Source of the DNA: Camelus dromedarius
Taxonomy: Eukaryota
Direction of reading: 5' to 3'
DNA: 64,000 nucleotides
Assembly (NCBI RefSeq): GCF_036321535.1
Contig: NC_087437.1
Coordinates: forward strand, 35,156,001 to 35,220,000
Shown here: piece by piece, positions 1 through 13,560 of the stretch
How positions within the stretch are numbered: the stretch's first letter is position 1
How the letters are laid out: every line of letters begins with the position of its first letter
Translations under genes and position numbers: made by a program
The notes under the pieces: generated by a model
What the model saw: only the letters and a program-made list of their open reading frames with translations
Database searches by the model: none
Told to the model about the DNA's origin: nothing

Positions 1-149
1 AGCTTAGTTTTTAATTACATTGGTGTAGGTTTTAGATGGTTCAATATATATATATATATATGTATATGTATATAAATATATGTGTGTGTGTGTGTATACG
101 TATGTGGGTATATATTGTCTAAAGTTCATATATAACAGAAGTAAAACCA

Positions 150-548
150 ATGAATCATTGAAGTAGTAATCAGTAAAAGTTCATTGTGCACACACTTCAG
201 AGACAGTTTACGAACCAAAAGCACTCAAACCAAACATGGAATGAGGCTCAGGGTACATTGTTATACAGCAATTTTTATAGTAGGAAGGCAGTGACTATTA
301 TTCATCAAGATTGGCTATGGTATTAGAATTTTCTTAAATAATAGGAAATTGGTTAGTGGCTACCCACATCAGTTTTGGGAAAAGTTTTTTAAGTTTTGCT
401 AATGATTTTCAGAGGCATAAGTAAGAAATAACCCAGGTAAATTAGTGTTGCAAAATAAGCTAAATTAATCTTTGCTTGTATGATTAAACTGGTTCTGTCT
501 GCTCAGGAAGTTTTCAAGGTTGGTCTCCATTTGTTTTTGATTTTAACA
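150..548 (-). mobile_element. ERV1-class solo LTR-like relic (MER110-like, tentative)
   Basis: The minus strand begins TGTTAAAATCAAAAACAAATGGAGACCAACC, resembling MER110/LTR54-type LTR starts. Flanked by TA/TG microsatellite on both sides. Confidence 0.4.
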
Positions 549-1177
549 ATATTGTGTCATATATATGTATGTGTGTATATATATAATGTTATATGTGTGT
601 GTATGTGTGTGTACATTAAAGACCTATAGCTGCAAGTAATAAAAAACAAAAGGAAACAAGTACAATCATTCATCCAGGTGATGCCCTACAACATTATAGT
701 GAAATTCACCAGCCTTGCTTGCTCTGCAGCAGGCTGATGGCACTATCTATCTGGCTTAACCAAATTACTGTGACATGATCTTGTACTCAAGTTGCAAATG
801 AAAAAGCTCCACTAGGCTCATCAGCAGCAGATTGAGTATACTTAAAGCTTCATGCCTATAAGCAAAAATTGTGATATTTTGCTGCTTTTAAATGATGCAT
901 GATGAAATGATTGAGGACATCATTACGTGAAACGATATCCAGCAGGGAGTGTGATGTTCTTAACGATTTAGCACTTCGAGCTCTTCTGGGAGTGTTAAGT
1001 ACCTTTACTGAAGAACTGCAGGGAAGTGGTGTTTGTTACGATTGAACTGTATCTAGAAAAGCAGTGGAGCCTTGACCATATCAATGACATGTTCAGGGAA
1101 CCTGGCAAATGGGAGAGAGCAAGTGTCCAGCCGTAAGCTGGATCTGAGTGACTTAATTAACATTGCTGAAGCCCTAG

Positions 1178-1340
1178 TAAAGTGGTTCTCAGTCTTGCCT
1201 GAATATTAGAATCAGTCACCTGGGGAGCTTTTAAACTACCATGACTGGGGCCCCCTCCAGGGACTGTGATTTAATTTTTCTGGGTGAGGTCGGACATTGG
1301 TGGTTTTTAAAGCTCCCAGATGATTCTGATGTCTAGCCAC
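1178..1340. mobile_element. MER5-type hAT-Charlie DNA transposon relic
   Basis: agtggttctca...ttagaatca..cacctggggagctttt...aagctcccagatgattctgatg motifs. Confidence 0.65.
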
Positions 1341-1348
1341 AGATGCTC

Positions 1349-1378
1349 TGTTAGTTTCTGGTGTACAGCAAAGTTCTT

Positions 1379-1435
<57 letters not shown>

Positions 1436-1729
1436 TCTTTTCTGTATTCTTTTTTTACTATGGTTTATTACAGGATACTGAATATAGTTCCCTGTGCTAT
1501 ATAGTAAGACCTTGTTGTTTATCTGTTTTATATATAGTAGTGTATGTCTGCTAATCCTGAACTCCTAATCTGTCCCTCCCCCACCCCCTTTCCCCTTTGG
1601 TAACCGTAAATTTGTTTTCTATGTCTGTGAGTCTGTTTCTGTTTCGTAAATAAGCTCATTTGTGTCATATTTTAGATTGTGATATCCTATGGTATTTGTC
1701 TTTCTCTTTCTGACTTACTTCACTTAGTA
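1349..1729 (-). mobile_element. L1 3' UTR fragment with embedded (CA)n
   Basis: ttagtttctggtgtacagc...atatagttccctgtgctat...ttggtaaccgtaaatttgttttctatgtctgtgagtctg. Same family as the 8685, 54125, 55745 and 60333 copies. Confidence 0.8.
1382..1432. repeat. (AC)~25 microsatellite
   Basis: Direct reading. Confidence 0.97.
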
Positions 1730-2129
1730 CCATCAAAGCCTTTTCAAGCTCTAGAATTAGTGTTGGGCTATCTTAATCCCTAGGAACAGCCCTACTACTG
1801 ATGTTTTGGTTAGTCAGCTTTGATGATGCAAAGTACCTAGAGAATAACATTCTGTTTCTTGGTGGAAAATTAGAGTCCTTTCTTCCCATCAGAAGTATAA
1901 AGACTCTTGATGAGATATAGTGAAGCTTTAAAAGCTGGAGAAAACAGTAAAAATATATAAAGTTTGTTTCCATCAACCTCTCAAAAAGAGGGCAGCCAAT
2001 CAGCTCTGGAAACAACTTTCCCAAAATGAGGAGAAAATTTCCTTTAGGTGAGTTAGATGTGTTTTAAAAAAAGACTTCATGTATTTTTATATATTTAATG
2101 GAATTACCCCTTTGATCCAACCCATAAGC

Positions 2130-2790
2130 AAGATGTGTTGACTTTCTAGCTCCAAATATATGTCACATCAGACTGCATATCTCTGTCTCTGTTGCTGCCA
2201 CCTTAGTCCAGCTCTTATCTGCATTGGGTCCCCCTACTCAGACTCATGCCCCCATCCTATCCCTTCTCACACAACAGCCAGTGTCCTCATCTTACAGTGT
2301 AAATGACATCACCCCCCTGCTTAAAGACTTGCAATGGGAGAAGTTTGAATTTTCCCCTAATGCAGTCCCCATGTTTCCTACCATCCCCAACCCTCTGTTA
2401 CATTCTCTCCAGCACTCTTTTATTTCTTCCATAAGACCTTAGCACTATTTGTAAATAGTTCATTTGCTTATTTTTTTCTTGTGTCATCTTGCCTACCAGA
2501 TTGTATGATTCATAGATGCAGGGATGTTTCCGTTTCTGTCTCGTTCATCTTTGTTTCCTAGTGGCAAGCTCAGTCGCTAGCACATGGTGAACTTTTTCCC
2601 CAGCATTTTTTTAAATAAAAAATTTCAAACATACAGTAAATTTAAGAGAGTTTTACAACAAATACCTGAAAACCTACACCCTAGTTTTAACTGTACTTTA
2701 TTACATATCTGCACGTCTCTATTTCTCTCTCTACTCATTGACACATGGTTGGCTTTTAACAAATTTGTTGAGTGAATGGGTAAATGAAAA
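2130..2790 (+). mobile_element. L2 3' fragment, interrupted by a small L1-like piece (~2600-2740)
   Basis: ccaccttagtccag, ctgcttaaagactt..aatgg, and tail aaatttgttgagtgaatg. Confidence 0.55.
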
Positions 2791-4382
2791 TGTTATTTTG
2801 GTCATTACCCAGAAGTTGTTCATCCTGAGATTGGCCCAATACTGAGCTTCCTTGATACTGAGCTTCCTTGTTTCCATGTGGACACAGGGTATGGGGAACT
2901 ATGCCATGTTCCCTAGGATGTGTATCTATCTCCTCAGCTCTGTTTCAGGCACTGGGCCATTTACTGGGGATTCAGAAATAAGAACAAATTTCATGCCTTC
3001 CAGGGGCACGTGCTCTACAAGTTGGAGGACCCAAGTATATTAATGATAGAAGAAGAAGGAAGTAGAAATGTGGACTAGTGATTTTTTTTTTCACACAAAA
3101 CATATGAATAAAAACTGACTAGTGTTCTCTTGATGTTAAAACTGTCTGATTTCTTGGCATTTTGTATTTTTTTGTTGCACAAGTAGATAAAAGCAGTTAT
3201 TGACTTGGCAAATACCAGTGAAAGAACATTTTATGATTTCTAGTTTAGGGAGAGACATATTCAAACACATTTGAACCATGAAAATCTTAGCTTTTCTTGT
3301 CTTTCGTTCTTTTTTTTTTTTTGAATGTTCTGTACCTACCATTGAAATATACAAATAATAGAAGCAAAAGAAAAGCATGTAAAAAATGTTCCTAATCTAG
3401 GCCAACTATGGTCAAGGTAGAGAGCATCTCTGCCTGGTCTAGAAATTGACAGAGCTGGCAGGACAGGTAGAGTTTATTCCCTTCTGCATGCAGATAGGTT
3501 TTTTCCAAACTATGTTTGATTATGTTTTTGGAGCCTATATTTATTATTTTGATTTCTCAGAGGAAATGCTTCCCTTTGAAGTGACATCCCGGGGCAGTGC
3601 TTTGCAATATCCTTTATTAAGTTTTACTGTGTCTATTCACATTTATCTTAATTCTTATTTTTAGAAGGAGGATTATAAGAAGGTCAATGCAGTATCTTTG
3701 TGATTGAATTCCAAGAGTACTTAGTAGGGGTCTGTGTATATAAGGGTGTTGAATCATTGTGAACTGGGAATGCATCCAAGTTCATGCTTAACTGAGACTT
3801 CTCTGTTAAATATTTAAAAGTGAAAGCAATCTTTCAAAACAGGCATATGGGCCTGGACAGCATAGAAATGGGTAAACACAGCACTATATAAACAGCAAAG
3901 GCAGTTGTTGGGACCTGGTCTTGTTCCTCCGACCTTGGCTATATCCTCAGCTCCTCACCTCTTTTACTGATGGGGTCCTGCTTCCTTACGTGTTGATGAC
4001 CCCCATCCCATTAACTTTCATTTGCTCATGATGTCCTCCCATGGGCTTCAATGCGGCAAGTGTTTCAGGGCCCAGTGTGTTCCTGACCTGGATTTGTTTC
4101 CTGGCTTTGTCACTAATGGTTAAAGGATCTTGAATGAGAAATGTACCTTTTCCAAGTTCTAGGTTCCTTACCTGTAACTAAGAGACCTTAATACCAAATT
4201 CAACTTGTAAAATGTGTCCACCTTGGAGAAGACCCTTGATAATTGTTAAGGTTTACCCTACCATTTTAAGATCAGTTGCCCCATTGGATCAATAAGAAAT
4301 GATAAATTAGGGGAGAAATATGGAGGTAAGCACCTGGATATTTAGTACAGTATGAGGAAAAAGCAAATATGGAGATGGATAT

Positions 4383-4412
4383 TTTATTTATAAAATTAAA
4401 CCTAATTTTATT
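4383..4412 (-). terminator. Polyadenylation signals of SPTSSB (AATAAA x2)
   Basis: TTTATT on the plus strand at 4407-4412 and 4383-4388, at the end of an apparently repeat-free AT-rich stretch ~1.3 kb past the stop codon. Confidence 0.65.
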
Positions 4413-5944
4413 TTGCTAAAATCAACAAATACACATTCAGATCTGGTTTATCTTCAAAACGTGTGTTCGTTTTCCAACAAACATGCAAGTTAGTTTGGCA
4501 TGCCAAACATCTTTCTCTCTAGATCTCCTTGGAAATTTTTTTTTTCATCACATAAACAAAGGTGCAAATGTTGTCAAAAACTATTTACATTTTTATCCTC
4601 CAGAATTACTAACATTAATATTTATTGAGAGAAAAGAAAAACTGCAAGGCTTGGTTTTTGACATTCAAATTTGATTCAGCAGTATAATTAAAATTTTGTA
4701 TTTGTTTTTAAGATAAACACTTTGAAGGAAATTTAATAAGTCTTGTTTTTGCTCTGCAAAGGAGCCACTATATCAAAGCATTTAACTGGAGCTGTAGAGT
4801 TCCTGCTGGTAGAATATTACTTCCAGCCTATTTATTAGCTTTTCTTCCTGTAGCCCAATACATGATTTTTCCCCCTATTCCGCTGAGTGAAAGCACAGAA
4901 AGGAAGCAATTTCTTGTCTCTTTCCCCCCTAGCATCATGCAAGGCAAGGCAGCATCACAAGTCACAATATCTGTGTTTACTTTGATTATATTTTGTTTCA
5001 TACACTTTAAATTATTTCATATTAGAATACTTACTGGGTTATCTACAGTCAACATTGTTGATGTTAAACTGTTATAAAGCCAGACTTTTAGAGACATTTG
5101 AAGCAATTCATGAACCATGTCTGTGAGGAGATAATTGCCTTCAACCTAGACTTTTGCACTTGGGAGCAAAAAAATTCTAGGTATCAGCAGGTTATGAGAA
5201 AATAAGACTTTCGGGGGTCTATATAATTTATTCTGACATTTTTGTGTATTGTAAACAAGGATAGGATACTTTTGACAGTAGCCTATAAACAAATTTAAAA
5301 AAAATATATCCTTCACTGTAGAATCAGTATCAAGGGAGCATTTTAAATGATTCTGGTAGGTCTCTTATAAGCCTACTTTCCAGGAAAAGTTTATATGAAA
5401 TTTCCTGATTAAAAACAAAATCAGAAGTCATAGATTTAAGTTGAGAGAATATGGTATGTGAGGTAAGGTCACTGTGTTATCTATGGTCTGATGCACAATG
5501 TAGCATGTACCAAAGAACCTAAAGAGACATCTGTCTCAAGTTTCAGGCAGGATATAAGAGTGCATAGAGAAGAGAGAGATTTTCAGGTCAGGCAGCAAAA
5601 GAAGCCATAGCATTCACCTAAATCAATATGTTGTAAGCAACACACACATATGCAGTGCCAGTTCACAGAATGCAAACAAGATCAATTAGAAATTGTACTG
5701 TGATAGCCACATATTTTGGAGAAAAATTCCCAAGCCAGGCGAATGTGGATTGGGATAAAAACATAGGCAGTATACACCACCATAGCAAAAATAGTTAGTA
5801 AGATGGTATTGAACATGGATTGTTCCCAGGGCTCCAAGACAGCACAGCAGCTAATGATTTGATATTGATAGTAGAGCCAGGAGAAATAGTCCTTCACACG
5901 CTTGAAATCCATGGTTGGCTCCTTCAAGCTGCAGAAAGTCTGTC
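4385..5944 (-). other. SPTSSB: SPTSSB terminal exon 3 (32-nt 5'UTR part, CDS, ~1.3 kb 3'UTR)
   Basis: Minus-strand acceptor 'ctaatctggtactttttttaacag|GACAG' with AG at 5946-5945, 32 nt upstream of the ATG. The 3' end is inferred from AATAAA at 4407-4412. Confidence 0.85.
5682..5912 (-). CDS. SPTSSB: Serine palmitoyltransferase small subunit B (ssSPTb), 76 aa, single coding exon
   Basis: Translation [76 protein letters not shown] is recognisable as mammalian SPTSSB. Strong Kozak context (gccaaccATGG) at 5912, stop at 5682-5684. Val25 and His56 are present. Confidence 0.97.
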   Translation of the reverse strand: MDFKRVKDYFSWLYYQYQIISCCAVLEPWEQSMFNTILLTIFAMVVYTAYVFIPIHIRLAWEFFSKICGYHSTISN

Positions 5945-6351
5945 CTGTTAAAAAAAAGTACCAGATTAGAAGAAACATAAAATAAGGTACCAAACACAGA
6001 ATCTCCTTAGATTTTCACAACCTCAGCCTGTTAAAATTTTTCAAAGACTGTTAATGATCATTGAGTGAATTATGAATAGAAATATTGTATGGAAATAATA
6101 CACAACACATTAATCATAGAAATAAAAATATTGCCACTGTTACTATACAATAATTACTACTAGAATTAATAGCAATATTATTAATAACAGTAATATGTAT
6201 CTAAAGATATAGTTGCTAGTAATAACTCTAGTGAGAATAATATCTACCAATTGAGACCAAGCACATTTTATGTAGCCCTGTATATCTAGGGAGATAAATG
6301 TGAATTTTCCATTTCCTACAACATATATTCTGGAAAAAGAGTAAAGACTGG

Positions 6352-6890
6352 TGTGCAGAAAAGAGTCACTATAGCAAGCCAGAGGCTGCTATCTTTAGAA
6401 GGGCCCTTGGCTGGCATCTGGGAACTTGGCTTTTGGAATGTTCTCTCCATTCCCTAATGGATAAGGATGATTCACTATGCCTAGGCTGTGCAAACACTGT
6501 AATTTATGGCAAACACCTGCTTTATTTTGGGAGTCCAGAATTTTTGTAATTGCTAGGCAAAGAGTGTCCATGTGACCAGCCCCAATTAAAAACTTTGGTG
6601 CTGAGTCTGTAATGGGCTTCCCTGGGCAGAAACATTACACATGTATCACTGCACTTTCTGTTGATAAAGGATAAGCACACTTGTTGTGTCCATTCATGGG
6701 AGGGAGAGAGCATTGTTAGCCTGTAAGTGGATTTCTTCAGACTCCACCTGTGTCTTTCTTCCTTGCTGATCCTGTTGTATATCTTTCTGCTGTTAGAAAC
6801 CTTAGCTTTGAGCACGAATATATGCTGAGTCCTGTGAATCTTTCTAGTGAGGCACTGGACATGTGGGTGGACTTGGGGACCTCCAAAACA
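6352..6890 (+). mobile_element. ERVL solo LTR (MER68/MER21 family)
   Basis: Starts TGTGCAGAAAAGAGT, ends ttggggacctccaaaaCA, ~540 bp. Internal ggcccttggctggcatctgggaacttgg and tatatgctgagtcctgtga motifs. Confidence 0.75.
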
Positions 6891-8039
6891 AAGGGGAAGC
6901 CCAAAGTGCACCTTTGGGTAGTCATTTGGCTTTCAAGGAAAGAACTTACGAAAAACCGTATAAAAATGTTTTATTGGCCTTCGGATAGGACCACAGTTAA
7001 AACCACATGTAAAACTTCCTAGGAAGAAGGGCATCTATCATTTCTTTAAAAGATTCTTGGCATGCTTTTGCAGACTTTCATAAACATGGTGGGTGTCCTT
7101 GGATCTACAAGCTGACTTGTGCCTGTTCTGCTTACTCCTAAAAATACAACAGTGCCACATCACTGAGCCCACTTTGATGACTTTTAATATTCAAATCAAA
7201 GTTAAATTTTTTTGAAGATCATTTCTATATTCTTATTTGAAAATCTCTCTTTTCTTTTATTCTCTTTTGAGGAAAAGCAAGATGTCTTTGCTCCATAAGA
7301 CCATGGACTCCTCGGCTATGGGGAGACTCTCATGATCCTAATGCCTGGCACAAAGACAGTCATCAGCAAATACTTGCTGAACAAATGAGTAAATGAATGA
7401 ATGACAAGTAACCAACTTAACAAAATAATTATAGATGACTCAGTTCCCGTATAAGTGGGATAAGGTTGGCTGTTGCTGACTTTTAACAGCTTGACTTTGA
7501 TAATGAGTAACTCTTTCTGATAAGGATAATTTCCACAAAAACTTAAAATGGGTTACCAGGTTGTGATTATTTGTAACAATGGCCAGGATGATCCAGATAA
7601 GTAGATAATATATACTGGAGTCGCTTTACTTTCCTATGAAAAGAAAAGTGAGCCTCCCATCTTTCCTAGAAGCCAAAATGGGGACTAAGTAATTGGATAT
7701 AAATGTCTTGTCCTAGCAGGTGGACTTTGGTGAGAAATTACCTCAGTGTTCTTTTTCATTCCTAGTTGCAGAGAAAGAGTGAAGGTGAATAGGGTTAGGT
7801 CTTAGAGAAAATGAGTGGCAGAAGGAGTGGTAATTTCAGTGAATAATATTATCCAAGCAACCAAGACTTTCCACTGATAGGCCAAAGAGAGATTGGGAGG
7901 TATCACTATTTGAGCTTTTAGGCTGTCCCATTAGGCAACTGTATATTTCAAACTAAATTTAATTTTTAAAAATGTCATTCATGGATACCCACACTTGGTT
8001 CCTTTTCATTACCTAGACAGAATTTAGGGTGGCACTAGG

Positions 8040-8680
8040 TAACTGATCAGGAATGTGAGAGTCTATTCATCAGGCAGAAACTTCCAGACTGTGCTGGGTG
8101 AAGATGGGAGGGTGATGGCTCCGATAGATACAGACCCTCCCCCTAGGAAGCTTGGTCCAGATGGGAAGACAGGTAGCCATCGAATAATACATACAAATAA
8201 ATAATTGTCAACCACCTTACTCCATAAGGGATAAGAGCAACGTAAAGGGAGCTGTAGGAAACCTAATCCAGTCTGAATATGTCTCCAAGGAAGAGATATT
8301 TCGAGATAAAATCCAAGAGATGACTGTGAGTCAAACAAATAAATTGGGTAGTCAGGTGAGGAGAAGAGCCAATACAGAGGGGTTCCCCTGTGTTTGTGCA
8401 GAGTTCAGCGGTGCGAAGGAGCCTGATAAGCGGTGGGGAATGGAGCCCAGTGACCTGGGGAGGGAGGCTGGGAGTATGAGAAGCCTGAAGAGGAGGGGAT
8501 GACCAGAGTGAGGCCAAGCACTCTAGGGCCTAGTGTTTTGTCTTTATTCTACAAGGGCAGGGATCTAGGGGTTTTAACAGGGGAATGCTATCGTGGGCTT
8601 GAGAGCCTGAGCCTTTAAAGCTTGTATGGACATGCTGCCTTCTCTGCATTCTAAAGCCAAGTTGAAATGATTTAATTTTA
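8040..8680 (-). mobile_element. L2 fragment
   Basis: Purine-rich L2 antisense pattern (cattcatcag...ctgtgctggg...ggctggg...ttttattcta...ggttttaacagggg). Confidence 0.55.
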
Positions 8681-8684
8681 GTTT

Positions 8685-8916
8685 TAAAAAAATTTACTTG
8701 TTGAAGTATAGTTGATTTACAGTATTGTGTTAGTTTCTGGTGTAGAGCATAGTGATTCAGATATAATATATATATGTATATGTACACACACACACACACA
8801 CATATATATATTCTTTTTTGTCATAGGTTATTACAAGTTATTGAATATAGTTCCCTGTGCTATACAGTAGGATCTTGTTGTTGATCTATTTTATATATAG
8901 TAGTGTGTACCTGCTA
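8685..8916 (-). mobile_element. Short L1 3' end with TA/CA microsatellite
   Basis: ttgaagtatagttgatttacagtattgtgttagtttctggtgtagagcatagtgattcag...ttccctgtgctatacagtagg. Confidence 0.8.
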
Positions 8917-9120
8917 TGAAATAATTTTGAATACATTGTTTCAGTAAATCTGTGCCTCTGCTCTCCCATTGGCATTCCTCATTCAAAATCAACCAGGTAC
9001 TGAAAAGCTGTTTAAAATATTATTAATACTCTTCACTTTTATAAATGAGATAAATGACTTATTTAGAAATATCACTGACTTTTTCTCTGTACATTTTAGC
9101 TTTTAAAAATGTCCTAATTA

Positions 9121-9251
9121 GAAGGAAGGGTGTAGCTCAAGTGGTAGAGAGCATGCTTAGCATACACAGGGTCCTGGGTTCAATCCCCAGTACCTCCTCT
9201 AAAAATAAATAAGTAAACTTAATTACCTACAACCCCCCCCCCCAAATTTTA
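9121..9251 (+). mobile_element. tRNA-derived camelid-type SINE (Vic-1-like)
   Basis: A box (tagctcaagtgg), B box (ggttcaatccc) and AT-rich tail. TSD aaaaatgtcctaatta (9105-9120) / aaaaatatcctaatta (9252-9267). Confidence 0.85.
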
Positions 9252-10924
9252 AAAAATATCCTAATTAATTGCCTGGCCATTACTTTCATTTCAAAAGTTA
9301 AATTTCTTCCTTGAGCAGCCCTAGTGTTCGTTGTTTTAAGCTGTAAAAGTCAATCAATCAAGGAAGGGACAGATCTAAAGCATACCAACATATCTTACAC
9401 CAAAGCTGGATACCTGGTAAGACTGTGGTCACATATTGCTAACAATTTACAGAATTAAGATTAAAAACATTTTTTTTTTCCTTGCCAGTTTCTACCGTGC
9501 CCTGGATCACTTCCCAGCCCTCTCAGTAGCCAGCTCTGATGTGTAAAAAGGCTTTTATTATCACTTCTCACTTCAGTCTCATGAAATCTGAGTGATAAAA
9601 AGCATCGATCTCCCCCTTTTCTTTGATTCTTTTCTTCCTAATTAATGAAAAGCAATCTAAAAGATTAGTTATTTATTGTTTCTTATGAAAAGGTGAGAAG
9701 AGAGTTGGTTATTATTGGCAAACCATCTGCTGCAAACTATTGTTAGAATATGTGCTATATTTAGGTTCTAGATTGGCTTAGGTAATATAATCTTACTTCC
9801 TTTTGAGTTCATTTTTAAATCTCCTATGGGACAACATGCAAGATTTAAGAAAACCACTTAAGATAATTTAAGATGAGTCATGTGGGAAGGAGAATTCATT
9901 CAATCATTAGACAAATGCATTTTGAGTACTACTATATGGTCTCTTCTGAGTAGGAATGGCTTCAGAAGCAGTCTGCTCCAAAGTGGCACTGCAGACGGGG
10001 GGAAGCTCTTCTAGGCAGCAGCAAACTGGATCATGTAACAAACATGCAGTGACAAGGGGCCAGGAATGAGCACTGAATGGGAAGAAAGGGCCTGGGAAAA
10101 TGCTAAGAAGGAAGCTAGGAAAAGAGGCTGAATTTGGGAAATAGGATGACAGAAACACCATGAAATGAATTACTCACAAGGAACCTGGAACTAGATGACA
10201 ACAAAATCTCAGTGTCTCAATTTTTCACAATGAAATGTGGAATTAATACGCCCTTAGAGAGCTGATGGCATATTTCAGGAAAGCTAAACAAAGAACTTAA
10301 AATGGTTACTTCATTCAAGTACACCATGAATCTCCTTGTCTTTAATTGTGTGTTTTCAGAAGATGATTTCCCTATACCAAAAGGAGGAAGGAAGTATGTT
10401 TGTTTCTTCTCTTCCTTCTTCTTTTAATTTTCCCTTTAAACTTGATGACTTTTAAAACCCTCTTAAATCTTTAATGAAGTTGTGCATTCAAAGGCAGCAC
10501 TGCCTACCTGCACTGTGGGATGTCTTCAGTGGTACAGGGGCCTAGATGGGTATGACTCTAACAGCTGAGGCTGTGTGGTGACACCCCTCAGGTGAGTGGG
10601 GAGGGCAGGGAGCCCCTGTGGAACACAAAGCAGGTGAAGCTCTCTATAAGAAGTAGGGGTGGGGCACAGGCCAGCACTGGTACCTGGAGGAATGGGTTAT
10701 GAGCCTGAAGAAAGGCTTTCTTTGGTCCATTGTTTTGAAAACAGGATAATGTCTTCCTCTCCAGGAGGATCTGTGCAGTATCATATTCTCAGATACCTAA
10801 TGGATTTGATTTATCAGAGTTTCTCTAGTAATAATAACAAAACAAATTATATTTTCATAGGATTATCTGTAGTTTAGAGAAGGCTTTTACTGCATTTGCA
10901 TAATGGGTTTGGGAATAAGGATAG

Positions 10925-11100
10925 GCACTGGTTCAAGTTCTGACTTCTCCACTTACTGGCTGTGTGACCTTGGCCCACTTAACTTAATTGTTCTGGGTGG
11001 GCCTCAGGTTCGTCACCTGTAAATGGAAATAATAATCCCCTCTTCTTAAGGTTGCTGTGAGGATTAGCAGAAATGCAAGCAAAGCATCAATTTAAGGGAT
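10925..11100. mobile_element. MIR SINE
   Basis: ctggttcaagttctgacttctccacttactggctgtgtgaccttgg...gcctcaggttcgtcacctgtaaatgg core. Confidence 0.7.
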
Positions 11101-12879
11101 TTGTACATGGAGGAAGTCCATAGGTAGGAAGATGGAATCTCACTGGAGAAAAACCTTTCCTCCCTCGTTTTCTTTTATTTATTGAAAATAATTATTAACC
11201 TGCTGGCAATTGCACTAAGAACTGGAGATTCCATGGTGATTGAGACAGTCATGGCTATTGCCCCCAGGATTATAATCCAGCTGAGTATATTCTACAAATA
11301 CACATTTTAGACAATATTTACCACGTGTATTAGGTAGCTACAGTGGAGTCCTAGAATGTTAGTGGCTGTGTAGACTGTAGAATCCCCTATACCCAATCAC
11401 TCGTTTTAAAGAAAAGGACCAAGACTATGGGACTAAAATTAAACTGACATTAAATTTGTTTGTCAAACTGAATTAAAGTGACTGGACAATTCCAGGTGGT
11501 GAATACCCTGTGTTTTGTGAATTGACACTGGATGGAAGAAACAGAAATTCCAGTGGAGGTTTTCCGTGGTCTTCAAAGACTCAGAGTTGAGCAGGACATT
11601 GGAATCAATGTGTGGGTGTCTGAAAGACCTCAGTGCCACCCTCCCTCAGGTTCTTCAGACTCTTCTCTTCTCTCACTCAAGCTTCTTCCCTGAAATCCCA
11701 CAGTTCAGACTATCTTCTAGGCAAATGAACGTCTGAATGCCTATTGACTGTAAATATTACCAGGAACTGGCAAAAGCCAAGGTTCTTGTGCGTGATGTAC
11801 AACAGCGTGGGTAAATGACCCAAAGCAGAGTTTTGCCAGGTTGAGGGGAGAAAGAGGGAGAAGGAAGAGATTATTAGAGAAAGATTATGAGAGTCTTGGG
11901 AACCAGAGAGAGAATGATTTCTAAAGGGAACCTAATGATTAAATGGGGACCTAATGACAGGAGAAAACAGGAAGGACTTGGAATTCCTCTAGGAAGTGAT
12001 CTCATAATTGATTGGAGAGTAAGCCGCAATTTTTTACTTCTGAATTTTGGCACCAAGTTTTTTTTTTTTTTTTTTTTTCTCTCACTAGATTTGTATACAG
12101 TGGGGAAAGATAAAGTTTCATCTCCTCTCCCAGAATAAGAGAGAGAAGTCCTGGAATTGTGATCCACATTACTCAGGGGCAAGGCTTTGTTCTGGCCTGA
12201 ACAGAGAGGAAAGTTTGAATAAACAGCAAAAAACAAACAAACAAACAAAAAACCCCACGTGTTTGCGTGAACCCGTGTGTAGGAGTCACGAGAGGAGAGC
12301 ACTGTAGGGGGAATGTGCAGGGCAGTGACAACATTAGAGGCTGAGCTTGCTCAGGAGGCCCTTTGTTTTTGGTTTCTGTTCATGGGAACAGGAATGGTAA
12401 AAAGTCAGGCAAGTGCAACGAAAGATAGGTAGTGGGTGATTTGATACCTTGGGAATCCTGCAAAGGACCCGATTCTGCAGCCCTCCTCTGCCTAAAGAAA
12501 GTCCTCCAAATTACTGGATTTTCTAAGTAAGGGATTTCTCTTTCTAAACATTAGCTAAAAATGAATCTTCCCTTCTGAGGCGGGAAAAAAAACCCTAACA
12601 CATTTTGGTCTAAATTTCCTTCTAAAATGTCAGAAGCTGGGGCTAAAGAGAAAAGTCAGCAGGACCTCCAATCGATTTGAGGTTAACTCCTTCCCAACTT
12701 GTTTTGGAATTCTACCTCAATTACTCAGCTTTTGTTGTGTTTCATCTTTGAAACCTAAAAATCTGAGAAATGGAAAAAGTGTCCTGCCTGCTGCTGCAGA
12801 GAGAGGCTGTATCTAAAAAGAGAATGTGTCTGTGCTCAGAAGTAGCTTTCTTTGGAAAGAGCTCAATATGACTTACTCA

Positions 12880-13560
12880 AATTCAAGCCTTCCTTTAATG
12901 AAGTAATTCATTTAAAGAAGGAGCAGAGTGATTTCCTTCCAAAGAGTGCAGTGTGGAAAAGGGTGATAAAAACGAGTAAATTCACAGAGGAGGAAACTGA
13001 TAGGCGCTTCCTCAGCCCGCTCATCAAAGCCAGCATCAGCAATGATGTTGACAGTATGTTTCCAGGATATCATGTTATGAAAATGGCACTTTGCTTCTGT
13101 GGTCTTCCTCCCCCAAGCCCACAGCTTCAGTCTAATCATGAGAAAAAAACATCAGACAAATTTCAACAGAGAAGCCTCTTAGAAAATACCTGGCCTTAAA
13201 ATTCGCTTAGTACTGCTTGAAACTCTCAAGGTCATCAGAAACAAGCAAAGTGTGAAAAACACTCACAGCCCAAAGGAGCCGCCTAAGGAAACAAGACAAC
13301 TAAATGTAATGTGTTAGGCTGGATGGAATCCTGCAGCTGATGAAGGATTTTAGGTAAAAACTAAGTAAATCTGAGTAATGTATTGGCTTTAATGATAGTG
13401 TATCAATATTGGCTCATTAATTGTAACACATGGCATACTAATGTAAGCTGTTAATAGCAGAAACTGGGCACAGGCTACGTGGTAATTCTCTTTATTCGTG
13501 CCTCAGTTTTCTGTAAGTCTAAAAATGTTCTAAGCAATAAAGTCTGTTAGTTTTTTTTGA
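12880..13560 (+). mobile_element. Old L1 (L1MD/L1MC-type) 3' UTR
   Basis: aatggcactt..ctgtggtcttcctcccc, tctaatcatgagaaaa..atcagacaaa, ctcaaggtcatca, actaaatgtaatgtg, ttttctgtaagtctaaaa motifs. Confidence 0.7.

Noticed and set aside
890..1150. Possible C/D-box snoRNA (ATGATGA ... CTGA)
   Set aside because: The boxes are ~250 nt apart, there is no terminal stem and no recognisable host intron.
1236..1433. MCVCVCV... ORF (also 8530-8799)
   Set aside because: It is a translation of a (TG)n microsatellite plus transposon relics.
5913..5993. 27-aa N-terminal extension of SPTSSB in the ORF track
   Set aside because: It starts at a non-ATG codon inside the intron and runs across the polypyrimidine tract and acceptor at 5945. 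The real start is the Kozak ATG at 5912.
9121..9200. tRNA gene-like sequence (also at 15020, 19115, 55586, 57330 and 63193)
   Set aside because: These are diverged multi-copy elements with A-rich tails, several with TSDs, so they are SINEs rather than tRNA genes.
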